A stretch of DNA of 40,000 nucleotides from Clostridia bacterium (GCA_017469465.1 JAFUGH010000014.1:67773-107772), one strand, 5' to 3'; positions 23,511 through 33,195 are shown, counted from the first letter of the stretch. The notes: a model not told the origin generated them from the sequence alone. Translations and numbers: made by a program.

Positions 23511-24020
23511 ATGGATAATTTAAAAGAATTAAAAAATGAGAGTATTATAGAGTTAATAAAAAGAGGAAAAGTTACTGCGGCTGATTTTGTTGATTCTGGA
23601 ATATGTCCGACATGTTTTGATAGACAAAATAATCATATTTTATATGGAAATAATGAAGATAAAATGATTTTTGAAAATGATAAATTTGAATGCTTCTTGG
23701 TAGGCAATCCAAGAGCTGAAGGACATGCTGCTATAAGCACAAAAAAACACTTTAAGGATATGATGGGGATTGATGATGAAACGTGTAAAAATATATTTTT
23801 AATAGCAAAAAAATTAATGAATTTATTAAAAGAAATATATAATGCTGAAAGTGTATATTTATGTACAATGTGTGATGGACCAATGAATCATTTTCATTTA
23901 CAATTAATTCCAAGGTATTCATTTGAAAAAAGAGGTTCAAAAAATTTTGTTAAACCTAGATTTGAATATAAAGAAAATAGAGACAAACTTATGGAATTGA
24001 GAGATAAAATGCAAAATTGA
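23511..24020 (+). CDS. HIT (histidine triad) family protein, H-x-H-x-Q variant
   Basis: Triad NHFHLQLIP. Start moved to MDNLKELK behind AGGAGG. A CPTC motif lies near the N-terminus. Confidence 0.85.
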   Translation: MDNLKELKNESIIELIKRGKVTAADFVDSGICPTCFDRQNNHILYGNNEDKMIFENDKFECFLVGNPRAEGHAAISTKKHFKDMMGIDDETCKNIFLIAKKLMNLLKEIYNAESVYLCTMCDGPMNHFHLQLIPRYSFEKRGSKNFVKPRFEYKENRDKLMELRDKMQN

Positions 24021-24055
24021 CCAAGTGGGACAACAAATAGTGACAAATTTTGGTT
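24019..24055 (+). repeat. REP copy R15 (interrupted)
   Basis: GACCAAGTGGGACAAC, then a 13-nt insertion, then TTTTGGTT. The stop TGA 24018-24020 overlaps it. Confidence 0.6.
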
Positions 24056-24200
24056 ATTTGAATATTAGATAAAGGTAATGAATCTTTTTTGCATTTAATA
24101 AACAATACTAATTATCAAAAAATTGATTTTAATCTTGTTAATTTATGTTAGAATATATTATAATGAAATGTACATATAAATAATGAGTTGGAGGGGAAAA

Positions 24201-24638
24201 ATGAAAAAGATTTTTAAAGTAATAATAGCAATGATGATGGTGTTTATGCTTGTTGGCTGTGGTACTACGAAGAACGAGATTACGGACAATTCTAATCAAA
24301 TACAAAATACTGAAAATAACACATCAGAAGCTTTGGAAAACATTAACTCAAAAAGCAAAGTAACAGCAGAATTGGCTTATGAAGGAATAAATAACTATTG
24401 CCATAGTGAATACGATTGGAGTATTGCGAAAGATAATCCTTCTATAATGTATTTAGAAATGGGAGAAGAAACGGAGAATGAGTATCAAGTGGTATTTCGT
24501 AGCTATACAGGTGCAATCGTATATTTCTATGTTGATAAGGCAACTGGAATTACGAGAATGATAGAGCATGTTCCGAGTCTTGAAATTGAGGAAGAAATAG
24601 GGACAATTAATGTATATGATTATATAAATAAAGATTAA
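24201..24638 (+). CDS. lipoprotein, unknown function
   Basis: MKKIFKVIIAMMMVFMLVGCG lipobox. SD GGAGGGG. Confidence 0.75.
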   Translation: MKKIFKVIIAMMMVFMLVGCGTTKNEITDNSNQIQNTENNTSEALENINSKSKVTAELAYEGINNYCHSEYDWSIAKDNPSIMYLEMGEETENEYQVVFRSYTGAIVYFYVDKATGITRMIEHVPSLEIEEEIGTINVYDYINKD

Positions 24639-24643
24639 AAAAG

Positions 24644-24672
24644 AATGCCATCACGATTGTTGATGGCATTTT
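24644..24672 (+). terminator. intrinsic terminator
   Basis: AATGCCATCA / TGATGGCATT stem followed by TT. Confidence 0.7.
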
Positions 24673-24696
24673 ATATGGTACGAATTAGAAGATATC

Positions 24697-24726
24697 AAAA
24701 AGCCCTAATGAGAATTAGAGCTTTTT
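24697..24726 (-). terminator. terminator of the minus-strand lipoprotein gene (bidirectional shape)
   Basis: AAAAAGCCCTAAT / ATTAGAGCTTTTT, 1 mismatch. Confidence 0.7.
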
Positions 24727-24731
24727 GTTTT

Positions 24732-25298
24732 TTAATAATCAATTTCTTCAACAGCAGCCTTTACTTCCTCTAAGGAAACACCGTTGACATAGTCAATTGA
24801 ATGCGAATAAGCACCATCATTCCATGTAATTAATTGAATAGAGTCTTCAGAGTCTCCCTTTATTGTAATAATGTTGCCGTTTGACTCGAATGTGCTTTCA
24901 TATGGGTAAGAATTGTAATTTCCACTAATATCTCCAGAAGGTCTAGCTTCTTCACGAAGTGTTAAAATATCTCCTTCATCATCAGAAAAAACAATTTGAA
25001 TAAGTGTGTTATTAATAACACTTGCTTTCTGATTATATCTAGTATAAATTGTTGGAACAGGACATAAATGACCTACTTGAATGACAGCATCTTCTACTGT
25101 ATCATATTCAACAATAGGATTTGCAATTTGTTGGCTTTGTTCTTCCTCTACTGGTTTTACTGCTTCTTCTTGAGATTTTTCTTCAAATGGAGTAACATTC
25201 TCCTCTTGAACTGGTTCTTTTTTGCTATTACAAGCTACAAGTACAAACGTTAAAGCATAGATAACAAGCATTAGGCATAATACTTTTGTATATTTCAT
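24732..25298 (-). CDS. lipoprotein, unknown function
   Basis: MKYTKVLCLMLVIYALTFVLVAC lipobox. SD AAAGGAG. Confidence 0.75.
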   Translation of the reverse strand: MKYTKVLCLMLVIYALTFVLVACNSKKEPVQEENVTPFEEKSQEEAVKPVEEEQSQQIANPIVEYDTVEDAVIQVGHLCPVPTIYTRYNQKASVINNTLIQIVFSDDEGDILTLREEARPSGDISGNYNSYPYESTFESNGNIITIKGDSEDSIQLITWNDGAYSHSIDYVNGVSLEEVKAAVEEIDY

Positions 25299-25449
25299 CT
25301 TTATCTAATCTCCTTTCAATAATCTAAAGCTATTATAATATCCCAATGGATATTTGTAAAGAATAGAAGATATTTTTAAAATAAATTATGAAAGAAGTAT
25401 TTTTAAAATCTAAAAAAATCCTATTATTCAAGAAAAATTTCATTAAACA

Positions 25450-25504
25450 GTGAAGCAAAGCTTCACACATGTAAATCAGCAATCTTTGATTGCTAGATTT
25501 ACAT
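25450..25504 (-). terminator. two tandem hairpins downstream of ttcA
   Basis: ATGTAAATC(T)AGCAATC / GATTGCTGATTTACAT and GTGAAGC-AAA-GCTTCAC. Confidence 0.6.
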
Positions 25505-25509
25505 TTTTA

Positions 25510-26229
25510 TTATTGTTCCTGATGATTCCAACCTTTTATAGTAGAACGTTTTATTGCTCCAAAGATATTATTTTTAAGACGTGGTATTTTTTTCCCAAGC
25601 TCTATGAGTAAACTCTTCATATCTTCACGTTTTGTTTTTCCATCTACGACACATGTTTTTTTCATAACAGGAATATGATTCCTTTTGACGAATGCTGTTA
25701 TTTCTTTTTCTTCGAGGTAAATCATCGGTCTAATAGAAGTAATTTCATTGCGAGATAAATAGGTGCATGGTGCAAATGTATGAATATGTCCTTCATAAAA
25801 TAGACTAAGGAAAAAAGTTTCAATTACATCATCCATATGGTGTCCAAGTGCTACCTTCGTACAACCGTTTTCTTTGGCTGTGCTATATAGAGCTCCTCTT
25901 CGAAGGTTAGCACATAAAGAACATGGATTTTTTTCATTACGAATATCAAATACTATTTCTTTTATATGTGTATTTACGATTACTAATTCAACATCTATTT
26001 TCTTGCAAAAAGTTTTTAAACTTTCTATATCAAAACTATCAAAACCAGGATTAATTGTTATTGCTAATAGTTCAAAATGATTAGGATAAAAAATTTGCAA
26101 ATTTTTTAATGCAAGAAGAAGGGTAAGACTATCTTTTCCACCCGATAGACCAACAGCAATTTTATCTCCTTCTTGAATCATATCAAAATCTTGCACAGCT
26201 TTACGAATCTTACTTAATAGTTGTTTCAT
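25510..26229 (-). CDS. ttcA: PP-loop ATPase, tRNA 2-thiocytidine synthase TtcA-like
   Basis: SGGKDS PP-loop, CSLCANLRRG and GHHMDD. Confidence 0.8.
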   Translation of the reverse strand: MKQLLSKIRKAVQDFDMIQEGDKIAVGLSGGKDSLTLLLALKNLQIFYPNHFELLAITINPGFDSFDIESLKTFCKKIDVELVIVNTHIKEIVFDIRNEKNPCSLCANLRRGALYSTAKENGCTKVALGHHMDDVIETFFLSLFYEGHIHTFAPCTYLSRNEITSIRPMIYLEEKEITAFVKRNHIPVMKKTCVVDGKTKREDMKSLLIELGKKIPRLKNNIFGAIKRSTIKGWNHQEQ

Positions 26230-26352
26230 GAATACTCACCTTTTTGGTTTAAATTTTTTTTATTATATCACGTTTAAGTGATGATGCCAAATGATTTTAC
26301 AAGGTGCTTCCTTTTAATTTTATGTTAATATAAAAAAGTTTTGCAAAAGCTC

Positions 26353-26383
26353 TTGACTTAAAGCTAACGTTAACTTGTATAAT
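26353..26383 (+). promoter_or_regulatory. promoter with 19-bp spacer containing a dyad (MerR-type architecture)
   Basis: TTGACT (26353-58), a 19-nt spacer TAAAGCTAACGTTAACTTG, then TATAAT (26378-83). The dyad AAGCTAAC/GTTAACTT has 1 mismatch. Confidence 0.45.
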
Positions 26384-26421
26384 AACAGTATAAAAAAATA
26401 TTTCAATGTTTGGAGGAAACA

Positions 26422-26925
26422 ATGAAAATGATTTCAAAAGTAGTAATTCCTATCATCATTGCACTAATGATTGTTGGATGTGGTGCTGAAAAAAATGAGC
26501 TAATACCTGAAAATAGCAATAATGTAAGAAAAGAATCTATAATGGAAAACGAAGAGGTAATAATGAGTAATTTAAAATTAGTGGTAAATGGGAAAGAATT
26601 AGATGTTGTATTGGAAGAAAATAGTGCAACAGTTGAATTATTAAGTAAATTAAAAAATGGTGATGTTGTTATTCATGCATCAGAATATGGAGGATTTGAA
26701 AAGGTTGGTTCATTAGGCTTTTCACTTCCAACAGAAGATAAACAAATGACAACGGAAGCCGGAGATATTGTCCTATATCAAGGAAATCAGATTTCTGTAT
26801 TCTATGATTCTAATTCATGGAGTTATACAAAGATTGGAAAAATTAAAGACATCTCACAAGAAGAATTAAAAAATATTTTAGGTGATGGAGAGGTTACCTT
26901 TACTTTTATAATTAATCAAAATTAA
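26422..26925 (+). CDS. lipoprotein with cyclophilin-like fold domain
   Basis: IIALMIVGCG lipobox. The pattern NGKELDVVLEENSATVELL.......ASEYGGFEKVG.....TTEAGDIVLYQGNQISVFY is typical of the cyclophilin-like superfamily. Confidence 0.7.
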   Translation: MKMISKVVIPIIIALMIVGCGAEKNELIPENSNNVRKESIMENEEVIMSNLKLVVNGKELDVVLEENSATVELLSKLKNGDVVIHASEYGGFEKVGSLGFSLPTEDKQMTTEAGDIVLYQGNQISVFYDSNSWSYTKIGKIKDISQEELKNILGDGEVTFTFIINQN

Positions 26926-27118
26926 AGACACGAAAAAAAGAATAATGTGATTTAGCACTTCAAATATTAGATCGTTTTCTAATATTTGGGGTGCATTTTA
27001 GTGTCTAAAATTTTCTTTTAAAATGTAAAGTATACTTGACATTCTGCTCAAAACAGGTTATACTATTCTTAAAGTAAAGGAAACTTTACATGAGTAAAGA
27101 AGGTAAGGAGGTGCTTTC

Positions 27119-27316
27119 TTGAAGAACAAAGTGGAAGAAATGAGAAAGATACATAATGAAAAACAGGAAGATTTAGCAAAAATTGTGGGTGTTTCTAGGC
27201 AGACAATTATATCGATTGAGAGAGGAAAGTATAATCCTTCTATTTTACTTGCTTTTAAAATTGCTAATCATTTTGGAAAGAAAATAGAGGAAATATTTAT
27301 TTATGAGGAGGAGTAA
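27119..27316 (+). CDS. small XRE-family HTH regulator (YozG-like)
   Basis: TTG start behind GGAGGTG. QEDLAKIVGVSRQTIISIERGKYNPS. Confidence 0.85.
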   Translation: MKNKVEEMRKIHNEKQEDLAKIVGVSRQTIISIERGKYNPSILLAFKIANHFGKKIEEIFIYEEE

Positions 27317-27318
27317 AG

Positions 27319-27744
27319 ATGAACAAATATTTAAAAAGATCATTCATATCTGCAGGAATTGAATTGTTAGTTGGCATGATTTCTATTTTCATTACTATTT
27401 TTTATGCAGACAAGTTATCTGAAGTTAGTTTGAGCTATTTAAGGAGTTTTGGAAATGCATTATTGGTTGTTGGAATATGTATTTTGATTAGAACAATTAG
27501 ATTATCCAAAAGAAAAGATTTATTAGAGAAAATGGAAATTGCTTCAAATGATGAAAGGTATATTAGTATTAGAGATAAAGCTTCTGCCAATACATTGCAA
27601 ATATCACTTATAGTGGAAGCTTTTGGCGGATTTCTTCTTGCAATGTTAGGATATGAAACAATTGGATTAGTTTTATGCAGTGCATACGGAATACAAACAG
27701 TAATCTATTTTATTGCTTATTTTGTAAATAGTAAAAAGTTCTGA
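27319..27744 (+). CDS. membrane protein coupled to the XRE regulator
   Basis: The ATG is 2 nt after the XRE stop. Four hydrophobic segments. Confidence 0.7.
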   Translation: MNKYLKRSFISAGIELLVGMISIFITIFYADKLSEVSLSYLRSFGNALLVVGICILIRTIRLSKRKDLLEKMEIASNDERYISIRDKASANTLQISLIVEAFGGFLLAMLGYETIGLVLCSAYGIQTVIYFIAYFVNSKKF

Positions 27745-27879
27745 TGAGTGAATATTCAAAAAATAAAAATAGAATCTTCTAAGAAAAAAGGTTCTATTTT
27801 TTATGTATTTCAATTGAATCTTGCGATAATTGATGATACAATCGCAATTGAAATAGAAGAATAAATAGAGGGAGGAAAG

Positions 27880-28407
27880 ATGAATTATAAAATTTTAAAT
27901 GAGTACAATTTAACAGAAGATGAAATGGATGGAGTAGTAGTTAGAGTGAAAGCTTTTGTTATCAATAGTAAAAATGAAATAATGCTTGCATCTTCTAATG
28001 GCGGAGTACAATTGCTTGGCGGACATGTGGAAATTGGAGAAGAACCGGTAGACACACTCAAAAGAGAAATGATGGAGGAAGCAGGGATTGAAATTGCAAA
28101 CCATGAAATTTCAGAGCCTTTTTATGAAGTAAAGCACTATACTAAAAATTATTTTCATTCTTCAAAAAATATCATTGCTAAAATTGTTTATTATATAGTA
28201 CGAACCGATAAAGTTCCTAATAGAAATCGTGTTAAATTAACAAAACAAGAGCAAAACTATGACTTCCATATTCAATGGATTCCTTTTGAATCTTTTGAAA
28301 AGTATGTAGAAGGATTTTTAAATAGTGAAAAAGAAGTGAATAGATGGATTGCAAGTGAAATGCTATCAGCATTTTGTGAAGTAAAAAGTATTTCAAGCAT
28401 GTCATAA
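27880..28407 (+). CDS. NUDIX hydrolase
   Basis: Complete Nudix box GHVEIGEEPVDTLKREMMEEAGI. Confidence 0.85.
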   Translation: MNYKILNEYNLTEDEMDGVVVRVKAFVINSKNEIMLASSNGGVQLLGGHVEIGEEPVDTLKREMMEEAGIEIANHEISEPFYEVKHYTKNYFHSSKNIIAKIVYYIVRTDKVPNRNRVKLTKQEQNYDFHIQWIPFESFEKYVEGFLNSEKEVNRWIASEMLSAFCEVKSISSMS

Positions 28408-28430
28408 TATATTTAATAAAGGAAAATGAT

Positions 28431-29156
28431 ATGGAAAAGTTATTTGTGAAGTGTGTGAAATTGAATAGAGATAATATAGATAACAATCGATATCCCTTTA
28501 ATATACCATGCTTAAAGAATTTTGATGAAATAAAAATAAGTGTACCTGTTACTTTCTTTTATGGAGAAAATGGTGTTGGAAAATCTACGCTAATAGAAGC
28601 AATTGCAATTAGTCTTGGGCTAAATCCAGAAGGTGGTAGCAATAATATGCAGTTTTCTAATTATGATGATTATTCAGAACTATATAAGCATTTAATAATT
28701 GGAAAGTTTGGAGTACCAAAAACAAAGTTCTTTTTAAGAGCAGAATCATTTTATAATGTAGCGACAGATATTAGTAACAATGGAGATTTAGTGGAAACTA
28801 CGTATGGGGGAGAAGACTTACATGCTTGTTCTCATGGAGAATCTTTTTTGAAATTAGTAGAACATCGATTTTGGAATCATGGGTTATATATTTTAGATGA
28901 ACCAGAGGCTGCATTATCCCCACAAAGGCAAATGACTTTGCTTTGCTATATTCATGAATTAGCACAAAATGGTTCTCAATTTATCATTGCAACACATTCA
29001 CCTATTTTATTATCGTATCAATATGGAAAGATTATGGATGTGAATCATAATATGGAAATAATCAAATATGAAGACACAGAAGTATATAAAATTTATAAAA
29101 ATTTTTTGAATAATCCTTATGGGATGCAAAAGGTTTTGTTTGAAGATTTATCATGA
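28431..29156 (+). CDS. AAA/ABC-like ATPase (COG3910-type)
   Basis: Walker A GENGVGKST, SHGESF, Walker B LYILDEPEAALSP and ATHSPILL. Confidence 0.8.
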   Translation: MEKLFVKCVKLNRDNIDNNRYPFNIPCLKNFDEIKISVPVTFFYGENGVGKSTLIEAIAISLGLNPEGGSNNMQFSNYDDYSELYKHLIIGKFGVPKTKFFLRAESFYNVATDISNNGDLVETTYGGEDLHACSHGESFLKLVEHRFWNHGLYILDEPEAALSPQRQMTLLCYIHELAQNGSQFIIATHSPILLSYQYGKIMDVNHNMEIIKYEDTEVYKIYKNFLNNPYGMQKVLFEDLS

Positions 29157-29222
29157 GATTCACATTTCTTAGATCTAAATAAAGAAAGATTTAATAAAGC
29201 AAGAGGAATAGGAGAAAATATT

Positions 29223-30680
29223 TTGAAAAAATTAAAAGCGTTAGTATTGGCAATTATTTTATTTATTATTTCAGTAGTAGTAATTATCATAAATGGAAAA
29301 ACATATACCATGAAGATAGATAATACTGGTTACATAAGTGATATAGAGGAATGGAATATAGAGATTCAAGATGAGAATGTTGTAAAAGTTATTGATAAAA
29401 GCTTAGAAAACAATACTTTAAGTATTAAATTAGAATCAATTTCAAAGGGAAAAACATATGTACATATTATTAATGCAAAAAATAATAATTCTTTTTTGAT
29501 ATCGATATATGTTCACGATTTTGGAATTATTACTTACAATGAATATATGGGGGATAGTAATGGAAGTATTGCCATTCCAATTTCAATTACTATATGGTTA
29601 ATTTATGTTTTATATTTGTTAATTGTTTCATATAAGCAAAGTGTAAGAAAAAGTATGTATCTTTATAAGAATATAGCATATTTAGGTGTTATTTTTTTCA
29701 CGTCTTTTTCTTTGATGAGTCAGGTAATTGCTCTATTTAAATATAAAGGATTAATTAGCACGATAGATGGAATGCTAAATATGTTTTCATTTGCAATAAT
29801 ATTTTTCCCAGTTGTTTTTGTTGTATCAATACTTGTTATTGTAAGCAACATGGTTTTATTAAAAAAAGAGGGATTTAATCTAACCAATATGTTAGGATTA
29901 ATTTTGGGAACAATGCTATGTGTTGCAACCATTACACCTGAAATAATGTATAAAGCACTTTATTCAGCATCTTGGATTGATATTCATAATCAAAATGGGA
30001 TAGGCTTGTATATCTATATTTTTGTTGAAAAATTTATATTTATTACAATTACATATGTTGAATGTGTTTTAATTGGTACAATTATAATGGGGGTTAAATC
30101 TGCCAAGCATATTCCCCAATTAGATAAAGATTTTATTATCATACTAGGTTGTCAAATAAGAAAAGATGGTATGTTAACGAATCTTCTAAAAGGTAGGGTA
30201 GATAAAGCGTTAGAGTTCGCTAAAATGCAAAAAGAAAAGGTGGGAAAAGAAATTATTTTTGTCCCTTCAGGTGGCAAAGGCGATGATGAGGTAATTTCGG
30301 AGGCACGAGCAATGAAGAATTATTTATTAGAACATGAAATAAAAGAAGAAAACATTTTAATGGAAGATAAATCAAAGAATACATTTGAAAATATTAAGTT
30401 TTCGAATCAAATAATTAAAGAAAAAATGAAAAATGCAAAAGTTGCTTTTTCTACAACTAATTATCATGTTTTTAGAGCGGGAAATATTGCCATGGAACAA
30501 AGTCTTAATATGGAAGGCATTGGAGCAAAAACGAAAAGTTACTTTTGGATTAATGCTTTTATTAGAGAATTTATAGCCACAATTTTTTATGAAAAGAAAA
30601 AACATGTAACGGTAATGTGTGGAATAGTACTTGTAGCGGCTATTTTGATAGGGATAACGTATTTAAATAACAATATTTAA
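29223..30680 (+). CDS. membrane protein with C-terminal YdcF/DUF218 domain
   Basis: TTG start behind AGGAG. Multiple TM segments, then FIIILGCQIRKDG....RVDKALEF...FVPSGGKG......EARAMKNYL. Confidence 0.75.
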   Translation: MKKLKALVLAIILFIISVVVIIINGKTYTMKIDNTGYISDIEEWNIEIQDENVVKVIDKSLENNTLSIKLESISKGKTYVHIINAKNNNSFLISIYVHDFGIITYNEYMGDSNGSIAIPISITIWLIYVLYLLIVSYKQSVRKSMYLYKNIAYLGVIFFTSFSLMSQVIALFKYKGLISTIDGMLNMFSFAIIFFPVVFVVSILVIVSNMVLLKKEGFNLTNMLGLILGTMLCVATITPEIMYKALYSASWIDIHNQNGIGLYIYIFVEKFIFITITYVECVLIGTIIMGVKSAKHIPQLDKDFIIILGCQIRKDGMLTNLLKGRVDKALEFAKMQKEKVGKEIIFVPSGGKGDDEVISEARAMKNYLLEHEIKEENILMEDKSKNTFENIKFSNQIIKEKMKNAKVAFSTTNYHVFRAGNIAMEQSLNMEGIGAKTKSYFWINAFIREFIATIFYEKKKHVTVMCGIVLVAAILIGITYLNNNI

Positions 30681-30778
30681 AAAAAGATATAAAAGCTTGA
30701 AAAAAAGAGATAGTTGTGGTATTCTATGCATGCACTTTGAAAGTACAATAATTATTTAGATAAAGGAGAGAGAACAGT

Positions 30779-31669
30779 ATGAAAAGAAAAGTTTTAGGCA
30801 TTTTAGCAGTTCTTGCAATTATGAGCTTAACAGCATGTGGAAATAAGCCAGAAGTTGAGCCTATTCCGGAAACAAATAACAATGAAGTAATTGAGAACGT
30901 TGTTGAGGTTCCTGAAAGAGACGAGCGAGAAATTGCAAAAGAGTCTTTGATTGAAGGAGGAGAATGGAAACCAACAACTGGATTTGCCAAAGAAAATGAA
31001 AGCGGAGAGATTATTGAATATACTGCGGAGACTATTTATGGAAAATATGCAGGAGTAGGTGGCGCAACATTCCATGAAGATGGAACATTTACAAAATTTG
31101 TTGGGGTTTTTGAAGCTGAGGAAGTAGCAGATAAAACAGGTACTTATTCAATTAATACTGATGACCACACAATTACATTCAATTATAGTCGCGGTGAAGT
31201 AGTAACAATGGAGTATGGTTATTCAGATGAAGGAAAAGTTATGTATTTTAATTATCCAGAAGAAAATTTTATTGTTAGATTCGATCCAACAAATTCCATT
31301 TCATTAAAGGACAATAATGAAGAAGCAAAATATCAAATCGAATTAGCAATGAAAAATCAAATTAAAGAAATGTTTGGTAACGATGTAGTTGATTCTAAAG
31401 TATTTATCCAAAAAATTTATACACCTGCAGATGAACAAGAAGTAGAGCCTTTAAAAGAAATGAACTTAGGTAAAAATGAAGTTGCATTTGAAGTAAAATA
31501 TGAACTAAAACCAGCAGAGGGAGTTGATGTTATGTCCCTAACAGCTGCAACTGGTGAGTATGATGAAGAATCGGGATGGGTGAAAGAAAAATATAATCTA
31601 GGAATTTTAAGACCAAATGATAGTGGAGATGCAAAATATAAAATTACAGATTTTGGAACAGGTTGGTAA
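30779..31669 (+). CDS. lipoprotein, unknown function
   Basis: LAVLAIMSLTACG lipobox. SD AAAGGAGAG. Confidence 0.75.
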   Translation: MKRKVLGILAVLAIMSLTACGNKPEVEPIPETNNNEVIENVVEVPERDEREIAKESLIEGGEWKPTTGFAKENESGEIIEYTAETIYGKYAGVGGATFHEDGTFTKFVGVFEAEEVADKTGTYSINTDDHTITFNYSRGEVVTMEYGYSDEGKVMYFNYPEENFIVRFDPTNSISLKDNNEEAKYQIELAMKNQIKEMFGNDVVDSKVFIQKIYTPADEQEVEPLKEMNLGKNEVAFEVKYELKPAEGVDVMSLTAATGEYDEESGWVKEKYNLGILRPNDSGDAKYKITDFGTGW

Positions 31670-31671
31670 TA

Positions 31672-31729
31672 AAAAAGTCGAAAATCGCACAGTGTGAATG
31701 TCACCACTGTGCGATTTTCGACTTTTTTT
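31672..31729. terminator. very strong intrinsic terminator
   Basis: ~22-bp perfect stem AAAAGTCGAAAATCGCACAGTG / CACTGTGCGATTTTCGACTTTT plus a T-run. Confidence 0.9.
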
Positions 31730-32011
31730 ACAACATCTTTATATTTGATTTATTAAGAGGATGAACTAAAACAGATATAATTAAGTGGGACAATAATTAT
31801 TTAAAATATTCGTAGGTAATGTACTTTTTATTTCCTTTATGATAAAATAACTCTGAAATAAAATTTACAAATCTAGTTATTGCTTATTTGTAAGTAATGA
31901 ATATTATGAAGAACAATCACAAGGAATAGCTATACTGAATAAAAAAGTCAAAGTAAAGCAACAAAGGAGTTCTTAAAAATATTAATGAATCAATAGAAAG
32001 GATGGGTAAGT

Positions 32012-32542
32012 ATGACATCTGAATATGAGGTTAGACTATTAGACATTGATAAAGAAAAATTTATTAAAAAAATTGAATCATTGGGTGCAAAATACATTAA
32101 TAAATATGATCAAAAAAGATACATTTATGATTTTAATCCAAAGGTAGATAATAAGTGGATAAGACTCAGAACAGATGGATATAAGACAACACTTGCTATT
32201 AAAGAATATCAAAGTCAAGATATTGGAGGAACAAAAGAAGCAGAAATTGAAGTATCGGATATTGAAACTACAAATGAAATTTTAAATCAATTGGGCTATT
32301 TTAAAAGAAGTGTACAAGAAAATAAAAGAATGAGGTACATGTTAAATGATGTAGAAATTGATATTGATACCTGGCCTCATTTAAATACATATGTAGAATT
32401 CGAGGGAAAGAGCAAAGAAGCAGTATTACATATTTTAAAACTTCTAGAAATAAATGAATCTGATGTCACAACAATGGATGCACAAGATATTTATTTAGCA
32501 AAAGGATATACATTAGAAGATTTGAATGATTTAAAATTTTAA
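32012..32542 (+). CDS. CYTH domain protein (class IV adenylate cyclase / triphosphate tunnel metalloenzyme family)
   Basis: N-terminal EYEVRLL (ExExK-like) and WIRLRTDG.KTTLAIKE. Confidence 0.8.
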   Translation: MTSEYEVRLLDIDKEKFIKKIESLGAKYINKYDQKRYIYDFNPKVDNKWIRLRTDGYKTTLAIKEYQSQDIGGTKEAEIEVSDIETTNEILNQLGYFKRSVQENKRMRYMLNDVEIDIDTWPHLNTYVEFEGKSKEAVLHILKLLEINESDVTTMDAQDIYLAKGYTLEDLNDLKF

Positions 32543-32637
32543 ATAAAAAGGATTATTTGCAAATATATTTAATATAATATTTTAGATATATAGAAAAGAA
32601 TAATCTATTGATGTAAATAGAAAATGGAGGTAAAAAA

Positions 32638-33195
32638 ATGAAAAAAGAATTAAAAGTAACACCTGGAATTTTTCCTATGCCAGTATTAATGATAGGAACG
32701 TATAATGAAGATGGAAGTGTGGATGTAATGAATGCAGCATGGGGAATGGCACAAAGTATGAATGAGTTAAAGCTATGCTTAACGGAATCACATAAAACTG
32801 TTCAAAATATGAAGAGAACAGGGTATTGTACTGTTGCATTAGGAACAAAAGATTTGGTAGTAGAATCAGATTATTTAGGAATGGTGTCAGGAAATAATGT
32901 TCCTGATAAATTTGAAAAATCTGGTTTGCATGCCACAAAATCCAAAAAAGTAGATGCACCAATTATTGAAGAGTATCCAATATGTATGGAGTGCAAAGTT
33001 GTAAGCTTTGAAGAGGATGGAACCTTGGTTCAAGTTGTTAATGTATTAGCGGATGAGAAATATTTAAATGACGATGGAACAATTAGATTAGATGAAGTCG
33101 GTATTATTTCTTATGATCCATATGGCCATGGATATTATGTAGTTGGAAATAAGGTAGGTCAAGCATTTTCTGATGGAAAACAATTAATGAAATAA
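32638..33195 (+). CDS. flavin reductase-like FMN-binding protein
   Basis: PMPVLMIGTYNEDGSVDVMNAAWG fits the split-barrel flavin reductase pattern. Confidence 0.8.
   Translation: MKKELKVTPGIFPMPVLMIGTYNEDGSVDVMNAAWGMAQSMNELKLCLTESHKTVQNMKRTGYCTVALGTKDLVVESDYLGMVSGNNVPDKFEKSGLHATKSKKVDAPIIEEYPICMECKVVSFEEDGTLVQVVNVLADEKYLNDDGTIRLDEVGIISYDPYGHGYYVVGNKVGQAFSDGKQLMK

Noticed and set aside
8963-24055. REP copies as ordinary rho-independent terminators, or as integron attC sites
   Set aside because: The stems are only 5-7 bp and AT-rich, and the T-run lies in the loop rather than 3' of the stem. No integron integrase is present, and the length and structure do not match attC. A cognate RAYT gene flanked by the same repeat explains them better.
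32012-32542. CYTH protein as part of a cyclic-nucleotide defence system
   Set aside because: It is monocistronic between strong terminators, with no effector or sensor gene adjacent. I treat it as an ordinary stand-alone CYTH/CyaB-like enzyme.
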